This document shows positions 30,660 to 40,416 of a DNA stretch of 59,572 bases, piece after piece. The position numbers were made by a program, and so were the translations under genes. The notes under the pieces are model-generated. The model made no database searches, had not been told where the DNA came from, and was given only the letters and a program-made list of their open reading frames with translations. Position 1 is the first letter of the stretch. The number at the start of each line of letters is the position of its first letter. The DNA comes from Pontimonas sp. (GTDB lineage Bacteria; Actinomycetota; Actinomycetes; Actinomycetales; Microbacteriaceae): assembly GCA_044237205.1 (NCBI GenBank), contig JBIIFP010000001.1:1-59572 (forward strand), in the 5' to 3' direction.

Positions 30660-32104
30660 TGATTACACCCCTGCGCCGCGTGGGAATCGTTGTGCTCGCG
30701 ATGTTTGCAGCACTTTTTGTGTCCTCGAGTGTGATCCACGTGGTGGCGAGTGAGGACATCGCGGAGGATTCACGCAACGTGCGAACCCTCTACGAAAGCT
30801 TCTCGGCAGAACGAGGCCAAATACTTGTGGGTGGGGTTCCCGTCGCGCGGTCAATTCCTGTTGACACGCAGTTCAAGTTCCTGCGCACATACTCGGATGG
30901 TGAAATTTATGCGCCCGTTGTTGGTTACTACACACTCAACCAGGGCAACGCCGGCATCGAAAGTGCGCTCAACGGGGTCCTGACCGGGCAAGCAAATTCC
31001 CAAGCTTTTGAACAGCTCGTTGCCCTTGTCACGGGCACCTCTCCCGAGGGTGCGAGCGTCGCACTCACCATCGACCCCGCCCTCCAACAGGTTGCTTGGG
31101 ACGCTCTCGGTGACAGACGCGGCGCCGTCGTGGCCCTCGACCCGGCAACCGGACGCATCCTGGCGATGGTCTCCAAGCCCTCCTTTGATCCCAACCCGCT
31201 GGCCTCTCACCAAAGCTCGGTGGTCCTCGACGCCTACACGATGCTCAACGACGACCCCGCTAACCCACTGGCCAATCGGGCTATAGCCGGGGACCAATAC
31301 TTCCCGGGTAGCGTCTTCAAAATCCTCATGATGGCGGCAGCGCTGGACTCAGGTCGTTATTCCGCAGAGAGTGAGTTCCCCAACCCCGCGGAACTAGCCT
31401 TGCCGCTGAGCACCGACACAATCAAGAACTCGGGCGGTCGCCTCTGCGGTGGCGGAGAGACGGTCACCCTCGAAGAAGCGTTCCGTCTCAGTTGCAACAT
31501 CCCCTATGCCGAACTTGGCCTGGAACTGGGCGAAAACACCATCGGCTCACTGGCGGACGCGTTTGGCTTTGGTGCAACTCTGGAAATCCCCCTACGCGTC
31601 ACCCCCAGCACTTTCCCCCGGGGAATGGACCAAGCGCAGCTCATGCTCTCGTCTTTCGGGCAATACGACGTGCGTGTCACGCCGCTTCAGGTGGCCATGA
31701 TGAGCGCGGCGATTGCCAACAACGGCGACCTTATGAGGCCCAATCTCGTCGACTCAATTATTGCCCCCAACCTTCGCGTACTCCAGGGTTTTGAGCCCAC
31801 TATTTATTCCTCACCGGTGTCTCCCTCGACTGCCCTCGAATTGACTCGGATGATGGTCGGCAACGTCTCCCAGGGCGTGGCGAGCAACGCAGCTATTGTC
31901 GGAATGGACGTGGCAGGAAAAACTGGAACCGCCGAAACCGGACTCGACACCGGGCGATCGTTCTGGTTCACCGGATTTGCCCCAGCAGACGCACCACAAG
32001 TGGTGGTTGCAGTAGTGGTAGAGGGCGACGATTCGGAGGGCTCCGGTAACAGCGTGGCAGCACCCATTGCAAGGAAAGTCATGGAGGCGGTGATCAATCG
32101 ATGA
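30659..32104 (+). CDS. pbpA: class B penicillin-binding protein PbpA
   Basis: SVFK, SCN, KTG transpeptidase motifs. Confidence 0.92.
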   Translation: MITPLRRVGIVVLAMFAALFVSSSVIHVVASEDIAEDSRNVRTLYESFSAERGQILVGGVPVARSIPVDTQFKFLRTYSDGEIYAPVVGYYTLNQGNAGIESALNGVLTGQANSQAFEQLVALVTGTSPEGASVALTIDPALQQVAWDALGDRRGAVVALDPATGRILAMVSKPSFDPNPLASHQSSVVLDAYTMLNDDPANPLANRAIAGDQYFPGSVFKILMMAAALDSGRYSAESEFPNPAELALPLSTDTIKNSGGRLCGGGETVTLEEAFRLSCNIPYAELGLELGENTIGSLADAFGFGATLEIPLRVTPSTFPRGMDQAQLMLSSFGQYDVRVTPLQVAMMSAAIANNGDLMRPNLVDSIIAPNLRVLQGFEPTIYSSPVSPSTALELTRMMVGNVSQGVASNAAIVGMDVAGKTGTAETGLDTGRSFWFTGFAPADAPQVVVAVVVEGDDSEGSGNSVAAPIARKVMEAVINR

Positions 32105-33768
32105 GACCCACCACAGGTCAAGTTTTTGGCTCACGGTATGAGCTGATTTCCCGCATCGCGATTGGCGGGATGGGCGAGGTGTGGAAGGCAAATGACTCCG
32201 TCATTGGCCGACACGTCGCCATCAAGATTTTGAAAGAGGAGTACCTCGGTGACCCCGGCTTCCGGGAGCGCTTTCGGACCGAGGCTAAGAACGCAGCACT
32301 CGTCAACCACGAGGGCATCGCCAATGTCTTTGACTACGGCGAAGAAGAAGGCAGTGCCTATCTGGTCATGGAGCTGGTGCCGGGCGAAGCACTGAGCACC
32401 GTTCTCGAGCGCGAGAAGATTCTCCCCGCGAGCCGAGTTCTTGCGATTGTTGCCCAAACGGCCGCCGCACTTCACCAGGCTCACCTAGCGGGCCTCGTCC
32501 ACCGAGACATCAAGCCGGGAAACCTTCTCATCACTCCCGATGGAACGGTAAAAATCACCGACTTCGGTATTGCCCGCCTCGCAGACCAGGTTCCCCTCAC
32601 CGCCACAGGTCAAGTGATGGGAACCGTCCAGTACCTAGCTCCCGAACAAGCCGGTGGCAAGCCGGCTTCGCCGGCCACCGACCTGTACTCACTCGGTATC
32701 GTCGCTTACGAAGCGTTGGCCGGAAAACGGCCTTTCCGTGGCGAATCTCAGGTCGCCATCGCCATGGCCCAAATTAAGGAAACTCCTCCAGAGTTGCCAA
32801 CCTCCATCCCCGAACCGGTTCGACGTCTGGTGATGTCGTGCATGGCCAAAAAGCCAGAGGGTCGCCCGGCAAGCGCCCACGATCTCGCCCAGGCAGCGCT
32901 AGCGCTCGCCAGGGGTGACACAGAGGAGGGACTGGCACTAATTCCTGTGGTTCCAGAAACTTCTGCGCCCTCCGGTGAGACACCCAAGGTCTCGACTCAG
33001 GGCAGCGCGAAGCGGGAGCAGAAAAAGCTACTCACGCTTGGCCGAAACTTCTGGATCCTCTCGGGAGTTGGCGCATTCGTGGCACTTGCGCTGATTGCTA
33101 CTTCTTTGACGGTCTTGCTGCAGCCACCCTCGGACGTTGCTGACGACCTCATTGTGCCCACCCTGCCTGAGGTGACCGAAGAGGAGCCCCAAACGACGCT
33201 TCCCGAGGACACTCCGGAAGAAGACACCGAGGTGCCGATCGAAACCGTACGCATCAGTGAAGCCGAAATTGTGGGCAAGACAAAGGCCCAAGTCGAAGAG
33301 CTACTGAAGCAAAAAGGGCTTCGTCTTGACCCCATTACCGGCAATATTGCCCCGGCTGCTGACCTGGTCCAAACCGCCTATCGAGTCAACCCGCAGGGGA
33401 CGGTGGCCAAGGACACTCTGATTGCCGTGTATTTCTATGCGGCCATCCCCCAGCCGCCTAAGCCCCGCGACTTGCTGGTGACGCCGGCGGCTGGCCCCTA
33501 CGAACCAGGAGCGACAATCCTGCTCGAGTGGGCAGGGTACGCGCAATGCCCCTCGGGCTATGCGCTCTCGAGCTACACGCTGCAGATTGTGGGCGGCCAG
33601 ATTCTCGACGGGGCAGGCACAACGGTATTCCAGCCCGAACAGACCGCGGTGAACGTGCTTGTGGGTGAGGGCACATCGTTGAAGGCCAGTTACCTGGTGA
33701 ACTGTGGCACGTTGACTTCGCCGCTCTCCAGCGAGCTCACCCTCTCCATCACACCGCCTGAAAACTAA
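32101..33768 (+). CDS. pknA: Ser/Thr protein kinase PknA-like
   Basis: GGMGEV, HRDIKPGN, DFG, APE motifs; TM; operon position. Confidence 0.88.
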   Translation: MRPTTGQVFGSRYELISRIAIGGMGEVWKANDSVIGRHVAIKILKEEYLGDPGFRERFRTEAKNAALVNHEGIANVFDYGEEEGSAYLVMELVPGEALSTVLEREKILPASRVLAIVAQTAAALHQAHLAGLVHRDIKPGNLLITPDGTVKITDFGIARLADQVPLTATGQVMGTVQYLAPEQAGGKPASPATDLYSLGIVAYEALAGKRPFRGESQVAIAMAQIKETPPELPTSIPEPVRRLVMSCMAKKPEGRPASAHDLAQAALALARGDTEEGLALIPVVPETSAPSGETPKVSTQGSAKREQKKLLTLGRNFWILSGVGAFVALALIATSLTVLLQPPSDVADDLIVPTLPEVTEEEPQTTLPEDTPEEDTEVPIETVRISEAEIVGKTKAQVEELLKQKGLRLDPITGNIAPAADLVQTAYRVNPQGTVAKDTLIAVYFYAAIPQPPKPRDLLVTPAAGPYEPGATILLEWAGYAQCPSGYALSSYTLQIVGGQILDGAGTTVFQPEQTAVNVLVGEGTSLKASYLVNCGTLTSPLSSELTLSITPPEN

Positions 33769-33817
33769 CATCCCCATAGACTAATAAAACCGCTAACTGC
33801 CAAGGATTAACTAGACA

Positions 33818-35563
33818 ATGACTTCTACTGGAGCATGGACCGGACGCCTTCTGGGCGGCCGTTATGAGGTCCGCGACGTCATCGGTCGCGGGGGAATGGC
33901 TGATGTGTATCTAGGGGTCGATGCCCGTCTAGGCCGCCAGGTTGCCATCAAAGTCCTCAAGTCCACGCTGTCTTCCGATGCGACCTTCCGCAATCGCTTC
34001 AGGTTGGAAGCGATGGCTGCATCCAAGATGTCTCACCCCTCCATCGTCCGTGTCTTCGACGCGGGTGATGAACAAAACGGCCCCGAAGACGCTACCCCGC
34101 CCGGCAGTACCACCCCCTACATCGTGATGGAACACGTGGACGGGCATCTCCTGAGCGATCTCATGAGAAAGGGTCGCCTCGAAGAGCGTCACGTTCTCAA
34201 AATCGCTGATGGGGTGCTCACCGCGCTGGAAGTGTCTCACCGCGCCGGCATCGTCCACCGCGACATCAAGCCAGCCAACATCATGGTCACCGACGATGGC
34301 ACCGTGAAGGTGATGGATTTCGGTATTGCCCGGGCGGTCTCCGATGCAACAGCGAACCTGGAACAAACCGCCTCAATCCTCGGCACCGCGCTCTATATTT
34401 CTCCCGAGCAAGCTAGAGGCGACGAACCCGACACCAGAACCGACCTCTATTCCTTGGGTGTGGTGATGTATGAACTCTTGGCAGGGAAGCCACCGTTCAA
34501 CGCCGATTCGCCCGTCGCCATCGCCTACAAGCACATCGGCACGCCCGTTCCACCCCTTAGGGAGGAAAATCCGGCGATCTCTGGCGACGTCGCTCTCATT
34601 GTAGAAACTGCACTGCAGAAAGAGCTCGACAATCGCTTCCCGACAGCACAGGCTTTCCGCGCCGCGATCGAAGACATTGCCCAGGGACGACCGCCACGGC
34701 TGCCGAAAGCTGGCGCGCGTGCCTATGTGGAGCCGGTGGTGACCGGCAGTGTGCCGGTGGCGAGCGTGGAACCGGAGTACCGGACCAAGGTCGAAGGCTT
34801 TGACATCTTCGAGGCCCGAGGAATTCCCCAGCAGAGGGTGCCAAACCTGGCCATTGCGATGGGCTCCGTCCTGGCGGTCCTCCTGGTCATCGGAATTGTT
34901 CTCTGGGTCTTCACTCTGAACCCTGCTACGACATCGGCGAACGCTGCGCCACAGCTGCCAGACCTGACTAATCAGAGCGAGGAAGCCGCCGTCCAAACTG
35001 TGACATCTCTTGAACTCCGCGCCCTCGTCGAATACGAAGCAAGTAGCACTGTCCCCGAAGGTGTCGTCCTAGAGACCGTGCCAGGGCCTGGAATCCGAAT
35101 CGGCCGTGGAGAGCCCGTGCGCATCATCGTCTCAAGCGGTCTGGCGTCATTCCAGCTTCCAGATATACGAAACCTTGACATCGACGAAGCGAGAACACAG
35201 CTCGAACAGCGCGGTCTCATCATCGAAAACGTTGTCGACACGTACTCGCCAAACCTTTCTGAAGGACTGGTCATGGCGACCTCACCCGACCCGGGAACCG
35301 CGATGCGGCCGGGGGACAAGGTCACCATCACCATCTCCAACGGCCTCGTCCTGATCCCCGATGTGGTCGGCTTGACCGTCGGCGAAGCCAACCCGTTCCT
35401 CACCGGCCCTTCGATGCAGCTGTCGGTTCGCTTGGAGGTTGCCGCAGACTGTGAGGGTCAGGTCGTAAGAAGCCAGTCGCTTCCCGCAGGAGAGCACCCC
35501 CAACGATCAGCAATTACGCTGGTCTATTGCGGTGGCGCGGGCGCCCCTGCACCCGTGGGCTAG
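33818..35563 (+). CDS. pknB: PASTA-domain Ser/Thr kinase PknB
   Basis: HRDIKPAN, DFGIARA; TM; about three PASTA repeats. Confidence 0.92.
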   Translation: MTSTGAWTGRLLGGRYEVRDVIGRGGMADVYLGVDARLGRQVAIKVLKSTLSSDATFRNRFRLEAMAASKMSHPSIVRVFDAGDEQNGPEDATPPGSTTPYIVMEHVDGHLLSDLMRKGRLEERHVLKIADGVLTALEVSHRAGIVHRDIKPANIMVTDDGTVKVMDFGIARAVSDATANLEQTASILGTALYISPEQARGDEPDTRTDLYSLGVVMYELLAGKPPFNADSPVAIAYKHIGTPVPPLREENPAISGDVALIVETALQKELDNRFPTAQAFRAAIEDIAQGRPPRLPKAGARAYVEPVVTGSVPVASVEPEYRTKVEGFDIFEARGIPQQRVPNLAIAMGSVLAVLLVIGIVLWVFTLNPATTSANAAPQLPDLTNQSEEAAVQTVTSLELRALVEYEASSTVPEGVVLETVPGPGIRIGRGEPVRIIVSSGLASFQLPDIRNLDIDEARTQLEQRGLIIENVVDTYSPNLSEGLVMATSPDPGTAMRPGDKVTITISNGLVLIPDVVGLTVGEANPFLTGPSMQLSVRLEVAADCEGQVVRSQSLPAGEHPQRSAITLVYCGGAGAPAPVG

Positions 35564-36201
35564 GACTTTGGCGAGAGCCTTGGGCTCAGGTTCTTGGCAA
35601 CCTCGGCTGCCCCGGAGAGGCCGGTAACCTCCAGCCAGTTCGCCACCATGGTGTAACCACCCTCGGTCAAGACAGATTCTGGGTGAAACTGCACCCCAAA
35701 AATCGGGGCACTTCGATGGTTGAGTCCCATGATGACGCCCCCCTCGGTCCGGGCGGTCACCACCAGAGAATCAGGCACAGTGTCGTCGACAACGGCGAGG
35801 CTGTGATACCTGGTGGCGGTGAACGAGCCGGGTACACCGACAAACAAGGTGCTGTCATCATGGACCACCTGTGAGGTCTTCCCATGCATGAGCTCGTCCG
35901 CGTGCGCGACGGTGGCACCGAAAGCCTCGGCGATGGCTTGGTGGCCCAAACACACACCCAGCAATGGCACCGACTGGGCCACCGCTTCCTTAACAATCTC
36001 GATAGAAATACCAGCCTCTGCCGGTGTTCCGGGTCCAGGAGACACCAAGATTCCGTCATATGCGGCAACGAGGGCCGCCACGTCGCCCACGGCGACGTCA
36101 TCGTTACGAATCACGTCAGTAGTCGCACCAAGCTGATGGAGGTAGCCGTTTAGCGTGTAGACGAAGCTGTCGTAGTTATCCACGACGAGGATGTGAGTCA
36201 T
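35560..36201 (-). CDS. trpG: anthranilate/aminodeoxychorismate synthase component II
   Basis: DNYDSF, SPGPG, GVCLGHQ, QFHPES motifs; ATG at 36201. Confidence 0.9.
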   Translation of the reverse strand: MTHILVVDNYDSFVYTLNGYLHQLGATTDVIRNDDVAVGDVAALVAAYDGILVSPGPGTPAEAGISIEIVKEAVAQSVPLLGVCLGHQAIAEAFGATVAHADELMHGKTSQVVHDDSTLFVGVPGSFTATRYHSLAVVDDTVPDSLVVTARTEGGVIMGLNHRSAPIFGVQFHPESVLTEGGYTMVANWLEVTGLSGAAEVAKNLSPRLSPKS

Positions 36202-36359
36202 TTCTGTCCTAGCGTCGATTCTTCTACGAAGACAAAGTCTGCGATTACGGGAAAAACAACAGCGATGAGCAACACGGCGACGGCGATGGCCAACACAACG
36301 AGCTCCACGATCTTTACCCACACCGGCCCTGGCAGGACCCTCCACAACGCGGCATACAT
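36198..36359 (-). CDS. 53-aa single-TM small protein
   Basis: MYAALWRVLPGPVWVKIVELVVLAIAVAVLLIAVVFPVIADFVFVEESTLGQK; TAATG overlap with sortase and ATGA overlap with trpG; not in ORF track. Confidence 0.8.
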   Translation of the reverse strand: MYAALWRVLPGPVWVKIVELVVLAIAVAVLLIAVVFPVIADFVFVEESTLGQK

Positions 36360-37141
36360 TATGACGCGAAGCCTACCAAGTGGGTGATTTCACTGGGTGG
36401 ACCGGATTCTCTGGGGTACCAGCTCTCAAAAACTGAATATGCGATGATGCGCTCGGCTTCAGAAAATCTGGGGTGGCAGCTGGTCATGGTAAGAATCCGC
36501 TCGCGTGGCTCCACACCACTAAACCGGGGAATCTCGTCCAAAACGCTCATTGCGGTCGGCCACACGTATTCGAGATTCCTAAACCGATACACAAACCACC
36601 CCTCGCGGGTCTCCACGTAGATTCGATCGCCAACTCTCAGCTCGCCAATGTCGGAGAAGGGGGCGCCATAGGTGGTGCGGTGTGCAGCAATTGCGAAGTT
36701 GCCAACCTCCCCCAAGTTTTGGGTCTCTGGATATCGCCCAACACCGAGTCGTGGGTTATTCAAGACGGTGGGGAGATCCACCCCCTCAGCAATGGGGCGC
36801 ACAAAATCTTCCCCAAAGCGTGGAATGTAGAGGGTGGCAAAGGCTTGTCCCTTGCCCTCCGCCGCGACCACCGGTGGCTCTCCGGCATCCGCGCGGCCCT
36901 CAGAGGATTCATACGCCTTACCGAAGGTCTGGGAGTCCGCCTCGTCAGAGAAAGATTGAGACAGCGCAGCGCCGGCCGTGTTCTGTTCTGCTCCCACGAC
37001 AACATCGTTGATGAAGATAAACCAGACCCAGAACAGTCCGATCAGCGCACCTGCGGTGATGAGAAGCTCTCCAGTCAGCCCCAGAATGGCCGACCGCCGA
37101 CGTAATCGCGCACTACGACGCTGGTCCAGGCGGCTTTCCAC
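36359..37141 (-). CDS. class E sortase
   Basis: N-terminal TM; AAHRTTYG, TMTSCHP, ERII (His-Cys-Arg). Confidence 0.92.
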   Translation of the reverse strand: MESRLDQRRSARLRRRSAILGLTGELLITAGALIGLFWVWFIFINDVVVGAEQNTAGAALSQSFSDEADSQTFGKAYESSEGRADAGEPPVVAAEGKGQAFATLYIPRFGEDFVRPIAEGVDLPTVLNNPRLGVGRYPETQNLGEVGNFAIAAHRTTYGAPFSDIGELRVGDRIYVETREGWFVYRFRNLEYVWPTAMSVLDEIPRFSGVEPRERILTMTSCHPRFSEAERIIAYSVFESWYPRESGPPSEITHLVGFAS

Positions 37142-37207
37142 TGCTTCAGTTTAGGCACCTCAGCGCTGGAGGTTCCCAAAAAAGGCCAAACAAGTAGACT
37201 GTTCCGC

Positions 37208-37444
37208 ATGGCTAAACAACCTAAAAATCCCGTCAGCACGAGTAGCTCCTACGAAGCGAGCAACGACAACCCGGTGTGGTTCAAGCCGGTGATGTTCGGC
37301 CTCATGCTCTTTGGGCTCGCTTGGATTTTGACGTATTACATCTCGGGGACCGGCTGGCCGATTCCGCCAATTGGCGCCTGGAACATCGCCGTGGGCTTTG
37401 GCATCATGTTCATCGGTTTCTTGATGACAACCCGCTGGAAATAA
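37208..37444 (+). CDS. crgA: cell division protein CrgA
   Basis: NPVWFKPVMFGLM..WN..GF.MTTRWK. Confidence 0.93.
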   Translation: MAKQPKNPVSTSSSYEASNDNPVWFKPVMFGLMLFGLAWILTYYISGTGWPIPPIGAWNIAVGFGIMFIGFLMTTRWK

Positions 37445-37469
37445 CACCCTGCGACTTACACGCCTGTAA

Positions 37470-37499
37470 TTCTCCCCAGTGGGGACAACCTGTGGATAA
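37470..37499. promoter_or_regulatory. DnaA-box cluster downstream of crgA
   Basis: TGTGGATAA (37491-37499, perfect), TGGGGACAA (37480-37488), TTCTCCCCA (37470-37478). Confidence 0.7.
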
Positions 37500-37502
37500 C
37501 TT

Positions 37503-38342
37503 TTAGAGCAGGGCGCGAGCGACAGTTGCCGCTACCAGCCCAACAGCAACCCCGATGAGCTGGGTCCGCTCCTGCGACCGGGTTGACTTGCCTCTGGTTC
37601 TTACGAAAATCCAGGCAACCAGCGCACCTACCAGAAGGCCGCCGATGTGCGCCTGCCAGGAAACACCAGGAACCACAAAGCCGAGCACCAAGTTCAGTGC
37701 GAGAACAATCAAGAGTTGAGTGTTCGCTCCACCAAACGACCTTTGGATAACAAAAAGCGCCCCAAAGAGCCCAAATATGGCGCCGGAGGCCCCCACTACC
37801 GCAGCGCTTGGCGAAAGCCACAGAACCGCCACCGAGCCTCCTAGTCCAGAGAGGAGGAACAGCGAAAGAAAGCGTCCGCGACCTACCAAACGCTCGACCA
37901 AGGTTCCCAGAATATAGAGCGAGTAGCCGTTGAAGAGGATGTGGAAGATCGATGATGTGGAGTGCACGAACATGGTCGTGACCATCCGCCAAGGCTCAAT
38001 AGCGGTAATCGGCGGCCAATAGAGCAACAGCTGCGTGACAAAACCGCCAGTCAGCCACTGCAGCGCGTAGACGAGGGCCATGATCCCCAGCAACACATAG
38101 GTAACAACCGGGCTAAAGCCCACGGCAGCCCGGGTCCTACCCAACAGGCGTCCGGCTACACCGCTGGAACCCCCAGAGGCTGCCTGCTCATTCTTACGAC
38201 ACTCAGGGCAGTGAACCCCGACCGGTGCCGGAATCTGGCAATCCCCACAAATCGTCCTGGCACATCTCTGGCACAGCACAAAGCTCTCCCGCTGGGGGTG
38301 GCGATAACAGAAGTCATCGCTGGAGCCGGATGCGGGCTCCAC
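37503..38342 (-). CDS. rhomboid intramembrane serine protease with N-terminal Zn-finger
   Basis: CYRHP..CQRC..C..C; WR, GASG, AHIGG motifs. Confidence 0.93.
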   Translation of the reverse strand: MEPASGSSDDFCYRHPQRESFVLCQRCARTICGDCQIPAPVGVHCPECRKNEQAASGGSSGVAGRLLGRTRAAVGFSPVVTYVLLGIMALVYALQWLTGGFVTQLLLYWPPITAIEPWRMVTTMFVHSTSSIFHILFNGYSLYILGTLVERLVGRGRFLSLFLLSGLGGSVAVLWLSPSAAVVGASGAIFGLFGALFVIQRSFGGANTQLLIVLALNLVLGFVVPGVSWQAHIGGLLVGALVAWIFVRTRGKSTRSQERTQLIGVAVGLVAATVARALL

Positions 38343-38881
38343 TAAAGCTCGGTGACGGTGACGCCCGTCATGACAACGTCAGCCAGTGGCCGGTCACTGC
38401 CATCGGTGGGGGTTGCGTCGATCGCGCGAACAACGTCCTTGGACGCGTCATCAAGAACAACACCGAAAATGGTGTGGTTTCCCTGCAACCAGGTCGTTGC
38501 TGCCGTCGTGATGAAGAACTGACTGCCGTTAGTCCCCTGACCGCCCCGCTTCCCCGCGTTGGCCATGGCCACAATAAAGGGTTCGGTGAAATTGAGTTCA
38601 GGATGAATCTCGTCATCAAACTGGTAGCCAGGGCCGCCCATGCCAGTCCCAGTCGGGTCGCCGCCCTGAATCATGAAACTGGGAATAACCCGGTGAAAAA
38701 CCACATCGGTGTACAGCGGTCCCTCGCCGGGTGCCCCCGTGGTCGGGTGCGTCCACTCGCGATCACCGGTGGCGAGACCAACGAAGTTGGCCACCGTCTT
38801 CGGTGCGTGGTTTCCCAAAAGACCAACGGTGATGTCCCCGTGGTTGGTGTGAATAATGGCGGTGTGGGTATGTAGGGTCAT
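38342..38881 (-). CDS. ppiA: cyclophilin-type peptidyl-prolyl isomerase
   Basis: FHRVIPSFMIQGGDP, NGSQFFIT. Confidence 0.93.
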   Translation of the reverse strand: MTLHTHTAIIHTNHGDITVGLLGNHAPKTVANFVGLATGDREWTHPTTGAPGEGPLYTDVVFHRVIPSFMIQGGDPTGTGMGGPGYQFDDEIHPELNFTEPFIVAMANAGKRGGQGTNGSQFFITTAATTWLQGNHTIFGVVLDDASKDVVRAIDATPTDGSDRPLADVVMTGVTVTEL

Positions 38882-38990
38882 GAGCTCTATTCTGTCAGCA
38901 CCAGCGATTTAGTGGGCCGTTGACAGAAGTCATCAGGAACCCCAAGGTTAAGTCTGTAAGACTTGAAGTACGAGAGTGGAAGAGGACCCA

Positions 38991-39359
38991 ATGGATTTGG
39001 ACCGCAAAACTATGCGCGAAATCGGCAGGCTGACCCACGAGGCTCAGCGTCTGTGGGAGGAGCAGCGCAACGTCCTGAACCACGTGAAAGATGTTGCCTT
39101 CGATGCGTCGCGCCAGGCTGGCGACGTAGCCCGTAGGGACCTGCTACCCCGTGCGCGAGCCACCTATAAGTCTGCGATTGAACCAACCCTGTCAAGAATT
39201 CCGTGGAAGAAGGTTGCCCCCATGCCAAAGAAATCTTCGAGTCCTCTGGTCTACGTGTTGATGGCCATCGGAGCGATTGCGGTGGCCGTAGTGAGCTACG
39301 CCGCCTGGCAGACATTACGGCCAGACGATGACCTCTGGGTTGAGGAAGACGCGGAGTAG
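38991..39359 (+). CDS. conserved small membrane-anchored protein (CwsA-like position)
   Basis: Coiled N-terminus, C-terminal TM, WQTLRPDDDLWV; divergent from ppiA. Confidence 0.7.
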   Translation: MDLDRKTMREIGRLTHEAQRLWEEQRNVLNHVKDVAFDASRQAGDVARRDLLPRARATYKSAIEPTLSRIPWKKVAPMPKKSSSPLVYVLMAIGAIAVAVVSYAAWQTLRPDDDLWVEEDAE

Positions 39360-39411
39360 CCTCTCACACCGGTTTGGAGGCTTGTCGTGTCGGTGACCGT
39401 AGACTGAAATC

Positions 39412-40416
39412 ATGACAACCCCCCAGAAAGCAATCCTCCTTCCGCTCATTGGGCTCATGGCCGGGTGGACGCTTTTCATGTTTGCCAGTTTTAGTGAGCT
39501 TTTCGTTCAGCCGGTCTACGACGAATCCGATGGTTCTTTGATATCTGAGGGACCCTCAGTCAGAGCGTCGACCTACCTCTACCTGTCCGGACTCGCGGTT
39601 TTTTCCATTCTCTCGATGCAGAGCCTCAGAATGACGGTGCGGTATCGACTCAATGTCGGTGGCGACGAGCCCCTGACTAAGGCTGCCTATAGATTCGCCA
39701 ATCTCACCGTCATTATCGGCCTCGCCGGCTCTGTCATCTTTGGAATTGCCACGTTCCTTGGTGCTTTCAATCGTTTTGGCGGGGACGAGCCTCTCATCAA
39801 CCGTCTCCTGGGTGTCTACGCGCCCATCGTTATCGCGGCAGCTCTAGTTGTCGTAATTATTCTTGTAGCGTTCGTGTTCCGGAGCGATCAGCCCGAGAGC
39901 GCCGATGCGCCCAAGGCCGGCTTGTCCGAGAGACAAAAAGCACTCGGCCTTGGCTACGCAACGCCTATCATCGCTGGCGCACTCGCTATTGTGTTTGGGC
40001 TGGTTGTCTACGACATCACCGGAACCACGCTGGAGGCGTGGGTGTGGGTGGTCATTCAGGTGATTATCGCGGCAGGCATCATCTTGGGAACCCGCTTCGC
40101 TCGCCTTGCCAAAGCCGAGAAGCCAGCACCGCCGAAGCCCCGCACCGCCTGGGCAAGCGGGGCCTGGAACCTCAACTTTGTCCTGTCGATTGTTTTTGGA
40201 GCTGTCGTCTCAGTGATGGCGTTCACCTTCGGTGGAACGGCATTTGAGGAACTGCGTGAGTACAACTTCGACTATGTCGGGTGGGAGATCAAGCCGTTCA
40301 CGCTCGGCTGGTTCCTCGGGGACTTCTCGCCGGCTCTTGTGCTGATTCTCTTGGTAACAATCGGCCTCTATGCGACCATCACTGAGCGCCACCGCGCCCC
40401 GGAGACAAACCGCTAA
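39412..40416 (+). CDS. hypothetical multi-pass membrane protein
   Basis: About 8 hydrophobic segments; TAGACT 6 nt upstream of ATG. Confidence 0.75.
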   Translation: MTTPQKAILLPLIGLMAGWTLFMFASFSELFVQPVYDESDGSLISEGPSVRASTYLYLSGLAVFSILSMQSLRMTVRYRLNVGGDEPLTKAAYRFANLTVIIGLAGSVIFGIATFLGAFNRFGGDEPLINRLLGVYAPIVIAAALVVVIILVAFVFRSDQPESADAPKAGLSERQKALGLGYATPIIAGALAIVFGLVVYDITGTTLEAWVWVVIQVIIAAGIILGTRFARLAKAEKPAPPKPRTAWASGAWNLNFVLSIVFGAVVSVMAFTFGGTAFEELREYNFDYVGWEIKPFTLGWFLGDFSPALVLILLVTIGLYATITERHRAPETNR

